This document shows, piece by piece, positions 51,501 to 62,649 of a stretch of DNA of 64,000 nucleotides. Source of the stretch: Utricularia gibba (Eukaryota > Plantae > Magnoliophyta); the NCBI GenBank assembly GCA_002189035.1, contig NEEC01000026.1, positions 124,001-188,000 on the forward strand, read 5' to 3'. How positions within the stretch are numbered: position 1 is the first letter of the stretch; every line of letters begins with the position of its first letter. A program made the position numbers and the translations under genes. The notes under the pieces were generated by a model that saw nothing but the letters and a program-made list of their open reading frames with translations, searched no databases and had not been told where the DNA came from.

Positions 51501-54485
51501 AACTGTTACAAATAGATTTACTGAATTTTCTTGGTCAAATGGACGTTTGTCCAATTTAAGAATTAGAAAAGAAAGATGCGGTTGGTGTTTTTATTGTCGA
51601 GCCCCTGAAAATGGGAGTGACTGCTTATTCATCTTGAAAAGTGATGCCCCATCATTAGCAGATTCAAGCCTCCAGTTTTCTAGAATTCTGGATAGAGATA
51701 GTAGGAATAGTCAGCTTTCTGATGTCATTTGCTACATTTTGTGTCTCGAAGGATGTTTGCATGGTCTTCTATTGGGACCGTGGCTAAGTCCACATTACTC
51801 CATGATTTGGCGTAACACTCTGCTCGAAGCTGATGTTTCTGCACTAAAAAGTATGCTTCTCAAGGTGCGCATAATGTCTGCTCTAATTTTCTATGTTTTC
51901 TGATTATGTTCTAAAGATTAATGGTGGAATTCTGATTTTACATTGTTACATTCTTGACTTTGGTTTGTTGGGCATTTTTTTGTTGTGTTTTTTTATCCAG
52001 CTAGAGTCTAATTTGCATCATCTTGCACTTTCTGCTGAATGGAACAAGCATACGGATTCTCAAGCCACAGTGGGGTCGGCGTGTCATGTGGTCTGTAGTT
52101 CGATGCGAGTATCTTCAAAAAATAGTAATTGTTGGAAGAGAGCAAAATCTTCAGATGCAGGAGTATGCCACATCCCTTTAAATACTGCGACTGGGCTGAG
52201 TTTGTTCTGGTGGAGGGGTGGTAGGGGCTCTCGTGTTCTCTTTAGCTGGAAAGTCTTACCCCGTTCCTTGGCAAGGAAGGCTGCACGGCAAGGTTTGATT
52301 TCAACGTTACTCTTGGGTATCATCCTTTAACTATTGAATTTATCAACATCCGTGTTGATATCTGAATCTTTAGGTGGATACAAAAAGATAGCGGGCATTC
52401 ATTACCCCGAGAATGGGGAATATGCCAAACGGACTAAATGTGTTTCCTGGCGAGCTGCTGTGGAAACATCAAGAAGGATGGACCATCTTGCGCTTCAGGC
52501 ATGTTTATTATCATTTTTTATGCTTTTTTTTATCTGTTCTTCCCTTTCTCCATCCAAAAAAACTGTGTTATCTATGCAAGAATACGGGTACATTACATAT
52601 CTACAGGTTAGGGAGCTGGATGCAAATATTAGATGGGATGATATCTGCAACAATACCCGTCTCCTGAAGATAGAGAGCAACTCCAAAAAGTCATCGAAGT
52701 CATTCAAGAAAGTTATTATCCGAAAAAAGTTCTCCGAAGGATCATCAACCAAGTACCTTCTTGACTTTGGCAAGAGAAGGGCTCTACCTGATGTAGTAAC
52801 CAAATTTGGCTCCCTTGTTGATGATTCTAAAACTCTTAAGAAGAAGTATTGGCTAGAGGAATCTTATGTTCCACTATATCTAATTAAAGCTTTTGAAGAA
52901 AGAAGGATTGCTAGAAAAGCAATCAAATATAATCATGATGATCCTTCATTAGATAAAAAGCCACGTGAGAGAAAAGGATTTGAATATCTTTTCTCCAAAT
53001 TAGCAGCATATGACCTTCCTGCATGTGGACATTGCCACGAGAATGTCTATGATGGGTATGTGTCACTTCATTCTAGTTAATCTTCTTGAGGAGGTTGGAG
53101 AACCACATTACAGAAGTGGATGCAAATATGATTCCTTCGATAAATTTTACTTCTTTCGAGTTATTTATGCATTCAGTTTGATTCCTTTGATAAATTTTAC
53201 TTCTATTTGCAGGGAAGAAGTGATCTGCAAGCAATGTAAAGGTACAACTCATTAATGTATTTGTGCTGGCATTACTTTTCATTTGCATTCCTCTACTAGA
53301 AATTTTCTTTTTTTGGTAAAAGCTAAGGTTCTATCTTTGCCTTGGGCACCATAGTTTTTTGTGCGTTGATTTGGAATCTGTACTCAAATATGTGCGAATA
53401 CTCCAACTTGTCATACTCAGCAGCTTTTAATAGAGCTAATAGTGCGTACTGAGTGGTTCCTGTCACTGTGTTCATATTTTTCAGAAACGGTCAATTAGTG
53501 GCATTTTTAATTGATTATATAAACATTTGCAGGAACATTCCACAAAAGACATGCACGCAGGTCATCTGGAGCAACCAGTGGTCACTGCAAATATATATGC
53601 CGTGCATGTGAAGTATCGTTATCGAAAATCAAGAAGAGACATACAACATCCCAAGTTAAGAACCTCACAAAAGGTCCAAAGCCGATACGTTTGCGAAAAT
53701 TTAAGAGAAAGCGTAGGGGAAAGCAACTCATGAATTCTGCAAGTGCAAAAAGGGTATTTGTTGTGCCCTTACGGCGCTCTGCTAGGTTTGCTGAACCTGC
53801 ACCAAAGCTTTCCCTCGATTTTCGCAAGGTCAAGCGAAAGAGGCGGCCACCTAAACCTGGAAAGGTTACACCTAAGACACCCACCATTAGGTTCACAAAG
53901 AGAAGATCGGCCTTGTGTTGCAGCAGTTACTGGATAAATGGCCTTCGGTTATCTCGAAGGCCAAATGATGGGAATTTTTCTCAACTGAGAGAGAGAATGT
54001 CTCTTGTGCTTTCTCATCCAGCGAAATTCAATGCTGATAAACCAAGATGTAGTATCTGCTGTGAACTGGAGTACAATCCTTCATTAAACTACGTCTCTTG
54101 TACAACTTGTGGAGGTACCTAGTTTTATTCACTTTCTACAATTCTCAGTACATTATAGAATATTGTTGCTGAAATCCCCTTGTCGTAGTGTTTGTTGATT
54201 TTTGAGGTAGTTCGTCCTGTTGCTGGAAATCATTGTGCTAGTAGGCCATGCTAAAGATCTAAACTTTGCTATATATCAATGATTAGTCAAGTGGATCATG
54301 CATTATATGGTTTAATCAGTGAATGGACGATGTTTAAATCTTTTCCTAACTGTGTCCTTCCCTTTGCAGCTTGGTTTCATGGAGATGCTCTGGGTCTTAC
54401 TGAAGAAAAAATTGAATACGTCATTGACTTTAGATGCCATGTTTGTCTCCAGAAAAGCTCTCCAAATTGTCCTCATCTTTGTTGA
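48543..54485 (+). CDS. DDT-domain/PHD-finger chromatin protein (At5g12400/PTM family), about 1514 aa. Exons 48543-50014, 50093-50731, 51024-51864, 52001-52292, 52374-52498, 52607-53055, 53213-53241, 53533-54114, 54370-54485
   Basis: N-terminus MEFVG..VKKE. DDT domain (VYSFLRSFS..LFLSPF.LE.FVA, SLNWEFLDLITWP). PHD (DECHLCKMDG.LICCDGCPAAFH.RCVG...LPEG.WYCPEC) and a terminal PHD (W FHGDA...FRCH.C). Exon lengths sum to 4545 nt, a multiple of 3. Confidence 0.92.
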
Positions 54486-56953
54486 AACAGAAGGCGTCCT
54501 TGTGAACTTCAGTAGACACTGGACCTGAATACCCAGGGAAAACCGTCAAGGGATGTTAGTTGCTAGTCAAAGTATGCTCCCATGGAATAGCTTTTACTGC
54601 GACATTGAGAAGCCATCTTCAGGTTCGTGTATGGGTTGGAATAGAAAAATAAAGGGGCTGATTCTTTTAGTAATTTTTACTGGGAGATGGCTGCATTCAA
54701 CCCCATGTAAACAGAGGTAAACAGGTTCAAATTGATCTTGACATTCTCGTTGCTGTGATTTCTAGAGGAGCTGTATCCTTGAAGGCAGTAGTCATCTCCG
54801 GACTGGTTGAAGGGAGTGCAGGATTTCTTTTACCTATGGTCAATAGATGTCTTCTGACTCAGGAACTCTCTGCATGGTATTTTTCTTTAGGATGCTGTAG
54901 GATTGGGGAGACATTAATAGATGTAGACGTTAGAACACTGCCCGTTTCGCAAGTTATTATGACATGAATAGATGCCAAAACATTTCAATGAAACTCGAGA
55001 TATTTACTAAAATTCAAAATCATTTTTTGGAGATGATTACTTGAATTCCAGAACGGATGGCTACAGTCTATTCCAGTGAATATTTATTTTCACCATCAAA
55101 GGATTCTTCTTTTATATGTTATTATCTGTGCAGCTGTAGTCTGATTTATATGGTTTCGTATTTGGTAACGCGAGAGTGCCTGGAGTTCTGATCGATGCTG
55201 CCAGAAAATTGAAGACGCAATGGACTAACTGGTGACCATTTATATTAGGTAATCTAATCATCACGCTGCTGCTGCGTCAGCGTAGATTAGCCTTATTTTT
55301 TTTCTTATTCCACCACTACTTTTTTTTTATGGCACTCGTATATTTTTCCATGGTGTAGGCTTCCTGTTTTAAAAGTAGATTGAGTTTTATGGAGGAGCAT
55401 TCAAGCTCATCTGTTTTCTCCATCCTGTTTTTTCTGGATAAACTATGGTGATGGTTACGATCATGCTGGTTTCTTTTGCCCTTGCATGCATATGGATCTG
55501 GAGGTTTTGAAGAAGCAACAACTGAGTTAGCGAGCTTCCTGCAGATTACTATGTTTTATTCTTCAATTTTTTCCACACGCATTCTTGCAGGAGTTAAAAT
55601 TGACTCTACTACGGCGGGAAACTGGGTAGCTGCATTGGAAACCTATTGAACTTGTTTAGTGTCGTGGGAAATTCTAATCTGGCTTCATTGTTTTAGATGG
55701 TGGAAACTGGAGGTTTCCATCAGAGCCATGCTGGAATACCGGGCCTCGAGGCAGCCATATCTGTTTCACCTCTACTCACAGGTTTTTAGCAGTTTTGGGT
55801 GCATTGCTTTGCCAAGGTATTATAACGCCTACGGAGGGGTGGGTGGCTTAATGAAGTGAAACAACGACAAGGCCATTTAATGCGGGAGTCACCCCAAATT
55901 CGCAGCATTGCTGATTCCAACCATACATGCTCCACATTTATATCCCATTTGTTTTTGAGGATGTGTAGGTGGGTTACTGTGCATATCCAGTATTAATGTT
56001 GTGTTCCCTGAAGGGACCGACCTTGTGGTGGTTTCGGAAGCAGGTGCCTCCTCCATCCATCCATCCAGCAATCTCTCGGAGGACGAGTCTGACAAGATGC
56101 ACGCATTTCGTCTCCCCTCGCCTCTCCTCTGGTAATGTGAATAGTATCCTTATCATCATGGCGGTATGTGTGGGATGGAAGATGATGAGGCATGATGATT
56201 GGTATGTATGTTGCAGGCAGGAGCTGGGGTGTGGGTGACCCCGGCAGGATGTGGGGTGTGCCAATGCCTTGTCTGCCACAAATGTATGTGCCTGCCGGCC
56301 TGCCTTCGACAACCTGGCGTTTAACGTTTAATCAGACGCATACAGAAGAACACAAGACTTTTTTTAAAGAATTTATGGAATGCCTTTTGAAGGTTGGTTG
56401 GTGGTCTTCTTCTAGATGTAAGATGATGATGAGTGGGAGAGGAAAGAGAAATTAAAAAAAGAAAAACAAGAGTAGGAGGTAATACCGAGTGGAACGAGTG
56501 TCTTGTTCTTCTTCTTCTTCTTGTTAGTCCGTACAGCTGATGATGGTAAATGATGCTGCTATCGAGTATGGATTTGGGGGTGAGGGGGAAGGAGTGGGCC
56601 CGGCCTGGGAACATTTGAACCCTAATCCGTCGAAATAATTCCTTCCTGTACGGCCCCCCCCCCCAATTCCCCTCAGCCTCAGGCCCAGGGTGATGATGAA
56701 TTGACCGACCGACCACATTCCATTCCTCTACCTTGGGGTTTTGTTTTAATCAGAGGAGGAAGCATGGGATTAACATCCCATCCGGTGGCGTTGATCTGCT
56801 GCAGGCGCAGCCTTGTTGATGGAGCTCCTTCGCTCGGTCGGCTAATTGTAACTGGATCATGCCCTGTCCTCCTCCTCCTCCTCCTCCTCTTGAAACAACC
56901 ACCCAGACGAGTGGAGCATCTATGATACTATCTGGTGATGACTGAGGAGGAAC

Positions 56954-56981
56954 TGGGCTGGGCTGGGCTGGGGCTGGGGCT
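56954..56981 (+). promoter_or_regulatory. (TGGGC)n / (TGGGGC)n repeat containing three overlapping Site II-like elements (TGGGCT)
   Basis: tgggctgggctgggctggggctggggct, about 340 bp upstream of the CCCH-RRM ATG. TGGGCY is the established Site II/TCP-associated motif. Function here is inferred. Confidence 0.45.
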
Positions 56982-57321
56982 GACTCGACTCGAGTTTTTA
57001 CTGCGGAAAAACGGGAACGCAATGATTGCCCGAATATCAACCACAGCTCAGCATCGCCTTTTATGTCAAGCCTTCAATTCTTACCATTTTTCAATTTCCC
57101 TTCATCTCGAATCTTTTCTTTCACCCACCCCTCCCTCCCTCTCTCCCCTTACAAAGCTGCTGCCGCTCCTGCTCCTGTTCCTACTGCTGCCTCGCTGGTT
57201 CTCACTGCCTTTAAAAGCCGTACTCTCTTCTCTCCTGCCCCTCTTCTTCAACGCACCACCACCACCCCCCCACCTCGTGGGTGAGTGTCCCTCTCCCTCC
57301 AACAGGAGTTCCCTTCTCCCC

Positions 57322-59960
57322 ATGGATGCATACGAGGCTACTAAGGTGGTTATGTCCAGGATCCAGAGCTTGGATCCTGAAAACGTTTCTAAAATCATGG
57401 GTTATATTCTGATACAAGACCAAGGGGACAAGGAGATGATGAGGTTAGCTTTTGGCCCCGAGACTCTTCTGCTTCCCTACATCAACCAGGCTAAGGCTTG
57501 CTTGGGGCTTGTTGCTTCCAGCAGTCCTTGCTCGAATTCTTCGACTCCCCTCGCCAATCCACTGAGACCTGCCAACTCATTCCCCCCGAGAGTGCTTATA
57601 CCCAACAATGGGCTCCATATGAGCAGCCCATCTTCTCCTGGGGCTGGGTTTCAGAGAAATTGTCCCAGACCCTTCTCATACGCTGCTGCGCTCAATGCTT
57701 CAGATGCTGCGGGTGAAAATAGTGTCTCTGGTTCCCAAAGTTTGAATTTTTACAGTGGCGGTGGCTTCGGACCTCAGTATCAGTTGCCTTTTCTGGATGA
57801 TTCTGCGGCAGATCCGATAATGAGTCCAAGTGGGAGGAGCGATTCCTTGGTTTTCAACTATGGGGAGGATTTGAACTCCCCCCATTCGCACCCGTTTCAC
57901 AGGAGGAGTTGTTCAGTCAATGACGCAGCATTCCTGTCAAATCTGGAGGAAGGTGGAAATGGGGGTGGATTTGGGTGGAGACCTTGCATGTATTTCGCTA
58001 GGGGTCACTGCAAAAATGGGGCTTCTTGCAAGTTTCTCCATGGCGGCGACGTCGGAGGCGGCGGAGGAGATGCCGTGGAGGTGGGTTCTCCGGGCAGCAA
58101 CTCAACTGGGTTTGAAGACTTGTTCAGAATGAAGGCTCTTCAGCAGCAAAGACTTGCTCTTATGGGTCACCATCCCTTCCCTTTCACCAAATGCATGGAT
58201 TTCCTGAATGAGAACCCGAGGTAAAGTTTCGGCAATTTACCATTCCTGTATCTCCTCAGGTTAACTACCTTTTTTCTGTTTGAAATTCCAAGTTCCCACC
58301 TTTTTTACAAACCACCCCTTTTGTCTGAATTGATCACCCTGCTTCCCTACCTTTTGCCATCCACATTCACACGGTAGTATGTTTCAGAGACAGGTCTCCT
58401 CTAGATCTCGGATCCTGTATATTTCACATGCTTCCCGTTTCTCTGTAGAGTAAATACGGCCAATGGGTTCCGCAATTACAACTTTCAGAGGCCGGAGAGG
58501 GGTGAGTTTTCACCGGTTGGGTTGGTTGGTGGTGGGAATTCAAGCTCCAGGCAAATTTACCTGACGTTTCCAGCTGACAGTACATTCAAGGAAGAAGATG
58601 TTTCCGACTATTTCAGGTAGAACTCGTATTTCGTCTGTAAAGTGAATCTTGTGTTCACTGATGATTGTGTAATATCTGGGTTTGTAGCACCTTTGGGCCT
58701 GTTCAAGATGTTAGAATTCCATATCAGCAGAAGCGGATGTTTGGGTTCGTGACGTTTCACTACCCCGAAACAGTGAAGCTCATTTTGGCTAAAGGGAACC
58801 CTCACTTCGTGTGTGATTCTCGTGTGCTTGTCAAACCTTACAAGGAGAAGGGGAAGCTTCAGGAGAAGTAATATTTCTCTTCTCTTGAAAAACCTCATCT
58901 TGATCCGCTTCTCATTTCACCCTTTGCTGCATGCTTCCCTGCAGGAAGCAACAACAGCAGTACCATCTAGAACGAGGGGAGCATCCATCATGTCTAAGCC
59001 CAACAGGAGACATTGATCTCACTTTTGGTAAACAGAAACCATTCGAATTTTGGAATGTTTCAGCAGTTGAAGAGGTGAATCATGTGGTTTGTGGCATTTT
59101 TCTTGAAGGAACGGGACTTATGTTAGGCACTCAAGAGATGATGATCAGAAGGAAACTGGAGCAAGAGGCTGAATTACAGCATGCCATTGAGCTTCAAGGT
59201 CGCAGGATCATGAATTTCCAGATGATGGACATGAAAAATCAGCAGCGTCTCCATCCTTTTATGCCTAGTTTCCGATCTAGTACTACAGTTTCATCTCCCC
59301 GAGAGTCTCACATACTGATGAGCCCTGGTGTCAACAACCAAGAACCTTCTGCAGGTTAAAATACTAGATAGTAACTTCTACACTCTTCCAGGGATGTTAT
59401 GTTAGACGGCTGAGTTTTCTCAAGTTTTTGGACAATTGCAGAGTTCGATGGCGGTCAAGACGCAGCTAATCTGGCCGAGGATAAGAAGTCGGAGCTTGGG
59501 ATAACTGAATCTCCTACTAAGAATGTTTTCAATGGGTTTAAGCAGCTACACGCCCACGTAGACGACTCTGATTTCCCTGAAAGGTATATGATACAGAGTC
59601 ATGTCGAAGCTCCAGATGCAGTTCAATTTTTCTCACAGTGTGTTATGCCCTGTTTTTATACAAACAGCTTGGAGCACATCCTCCCAGAGAACCTATTCGC
59701 ATCTCCCACAAAATCGGCAGCTGAAAACCGGCCTACTGCTTTCTCCAAAGCATCAGCTTTATCCGATGACACCAAACCTGTAATTTCGACATCATCTAAC
59801 AGCAATCCTATTATGCTATCCAGCAGTCCCCCCTTGCCATGCCATGCTATCTTCAAGTGCCAAGGTAAACGTGTCATCTTTGTTCATGGCCATAGGATGA
59901 TGAATCTATTGACACCTTCATTCCTCTTATGGCGAGAAGCCATTGAAATGTAGGTTCTAG
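57322..59960 (+). CDS. CCCH zinc finger plus RRM protein (C3H53/C3H55/At3g51950 family). Exons 57322-58220, 58449-58616, 58688-58867, 58945-59027, 59109-59354, 59442-59583, 59668-59864, 59954-59960; the 3' end is uncertain
   Basis: [124 protein letters not shown]. The family-like end PCYLQVPRF needs one extra C in the run at 59828-59833. Confidence 0.9.
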
Positions 59961-61128
59961 AGCTGATGACAACCACCTGCATTGCGGAATTAACTTAGGT
60001 CAGTAAGATTATCATTATATCCAGAGGAGCACGTTCATCGTTCATATCATGTTCCCCCCTCTAAGGCCGGACCTTTTTATGGAGGGTGTTTCTTTTTGCC
60101 GCTACAGGGAACAAAAGGATGTTTTGATAATACCAAGGAAGCTCAAGTCATCCACTAGCTGTATAGAAGCAACAAAACCATAGCAGCAACAGAAGAAAGG
60201 ATCTGTAAGGAAAATCTCATCATCTATCGTCTCCAATACCATACTACTCACTCAAAACACGTCATGCACGGCTAATAGATCCATACCTATGGATGTTTAA
60301 GTTGGTGGGGGTGCCCTGTCTTCATTTTCCAGTTGGCCCTCTGCTGTAGTTATGTACTAGAAGAGGATTAAACACAACAGATGCATGTAATTAAGAAACA
60401 GAGTACCATAAGTAAATCTTAATAGCATACAACTGTAGCTTGTCTCCTGCATAAGCAAGATATCAGATTTATCATTGGATTGTCGTGGAACACTGACATC
60501 AGATTTAACAGTAGAATGCGCAATTAAGAAGCGAATTAGCAAGATGATGGGGCACTTAAGTTATATGCTCGCTAAAGTTTGCTTTGGGAGACACAGGTCC
60601 TTTTGTCTCATTTCGTTGCTTCTTTATTGCCAATGAGGGGACCACAGACACAGAGCAACGCAGAGAGTCACATGGGGTACTGACAGAAGCTGAATGGGGT
60701 TACAAATGTACGATATAATTTAACAGTCCTCTTACCTTCTGCCCACAGCTTCACATGGGAGCTGACACCTTGGGTGGTGGGTCCCCACGTGTGCTTGGCC
60801 TGTCATTTTCATGGATTCTGCTCTGCTACCTCTACTTGTATTGTGGTAAGGTAAAATGGGGAAGAGAAATATTTTGTTATTTGAATAGTTCTCACCTTCA
60901 ACGCCAACATGTGCAAGTTCATCCATCCCTGTGTTTCTTGCATCAAAAGTAGGAGAATGCTTCCAAATATCTGCCATGTACAATCAGGCCACCTAATCTT
61001 TGCTAAAAGCATCCAAAACAGAAATGTTGTACGCGCGGAGGGCGGCCAGTAAATGTGACTGGTCAAGGAGGCGTTAGGTGGTGGTGTTGAGCTGAGGAGA
61101 GGAGGAAGCGTTTTTCACTCATGCTGCT

Positions 61129-62046
61129 GCTATTTGCTATTTGCTATTTGCTATTTGCTGTTGTCCGTCTCCATTGTGAATCATAAATTGTGGTGTTGGT
61201 CGGGAGGAGGATATTATGGGACGGCTCTCTTTGCTTTCAAGTGGTCCGGCTCTAGTCTACGCCTAACCCGTACGAGCTACGCTATGTGAGGGTGAGGGTG
61301 ACAACAACACAGAAGAGAGAATGTTGTAATTTTTGTAGTGACCCGCCCCGCCCCGCCCCTGCCCACCTAGGAATGGAATGGAATGGAATTCAAGGGCGAT
61401 CCAAATGCAATAAATGCAGAATTGATTCCTCATCCATCATCTAGTGCTGCGCTGCAGATTATTATTGGAGAGGAGACGAAAGTGATGGTTGGATTGGATC
61501 ATTCCAGGTAAGCAAGTGCAAGGGCGGGAAAGCAGAGCAGGTTGGTTACCTACCTGCCTCTGCCGGCCTCCTCCTCATCATATCATAGCAAAGTTGATGG
61601 CCCTTGGACCATTCCGCCCAAAAAGAAGAAAAGAAAAGAAAAGAAAAGAAAAGGTGATGATGGTCCTCGGTCCCTTGGAGCATAGATTTCACCCCGCCCG
61701 AGTGCATCAAAATGGAAGCCACACAAGTATGCTGTATGCTGTACGCTGTACGCTGTACGCTGTATGCTGTATAAGCAATAAGCAAGCGAGTGTGTTGTTG
61801 TTGATGGCAATGAAGCAGGAGACTGTTTCCTCTGGTATGCAGCGGAACACCAGAAGCTCCCCACGTCCCTTCCCTTTGGTTTCAACTGAGTGCAAGCGGC
61901 AGCAGGCGCAGGCGCGGCACCCCGCCATTTGGAGGTGGGCTTTCGGGCCCCTTGAGGAAATATGCAGACGGCCCCAGTGATGGGATTTGTTTTCAATTTT
62001 ATTTCATGTGGGCGTGGGGCTGGGCTATCCAATGCAATGCAATGCA
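61129..62046. repeat. Cluster of short tandem repeats: (GCTATTT)x4 at 61129-61159, (GCCCC)n at about 61345, (GGAAT)x4 at 61370-61389, (AAAAG)x5 at about 61629-61653, (GTAYGCT)x6 at 61727-61768, (AATGC)x3 at about 62031
   Basis: Read directly from the sequence. Confidence 0.9.
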
Positions 62047-62649
62047 GCTGTCGGGTCGGGCGTATGGTGGGAAAAGCCTGGAGAACTAACTAACCAACTG
62101 CAACAGTAACTGCTCTGCCAGGGGAAGCGGGTGCGGGGGCGCCTACTGGACTTGTAAAATTCTTCCTAATTTGAAAAATTAATCTAATACTGAATATGAT
62201 TTGAATATATTGGAATACGATATGATAGGGCGGGCTTACTCCCGGTCACATGGGAATGGACCGAGCGGTTGGCCATCTGCTCACTCTTTTACACACGCAC
62301 ACACGTTCAATTGCAGCACGGCAAATTTAATTAGAGATCAGAGGTAAATAATTTTTTTTTTGCATTTTCATGATAGTATGAATTCTAAAGTCACGTTTGG
62401 TTGATATATAGAATGCTAAATCGATTTTATTTTATTTGAATTTAGATAAATATATTTTATATTAAATTGATATGTATAATTTATTTATATTTAAAATAAA
62501 AACACATATGGTATGTGAATATAAAAATTAGCTATTTGATAATTTATATATAAAATTATGAATATATCTTTCACTTAAAAAATACTCAATTCCTTTTATT
62601 TAATTTTTCCTTCACCTCTCACCTACCCCATTTCTTCCCTTGTGTTGTG

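Noticed and set aside
56240-56298. CCGGCAGG...CCTGCCGG hairpin as a pre-miRNA
   Set aside because: Only an 8-bp outer stem and a 5-bp inner stem with a large bulge; too imperfect.
56935-57321. 129-aa N-terminal extension of the CCCH-RRM ORF shown in the track
   Set aside because: It starts at a GTG in promoter/UTR microsatellite sequence. The family N-terminus MDAYEAT begins at 57322.
60660-62140. miRNA look-alikes: TGACAGAAG at about 60680 (miR156-like start) and GCCAGGGGAAG at about 62117 (miR408 complement-like)
   Set aside because: The matches stop after 9-11 nt and no star-strand hairpin was seen.
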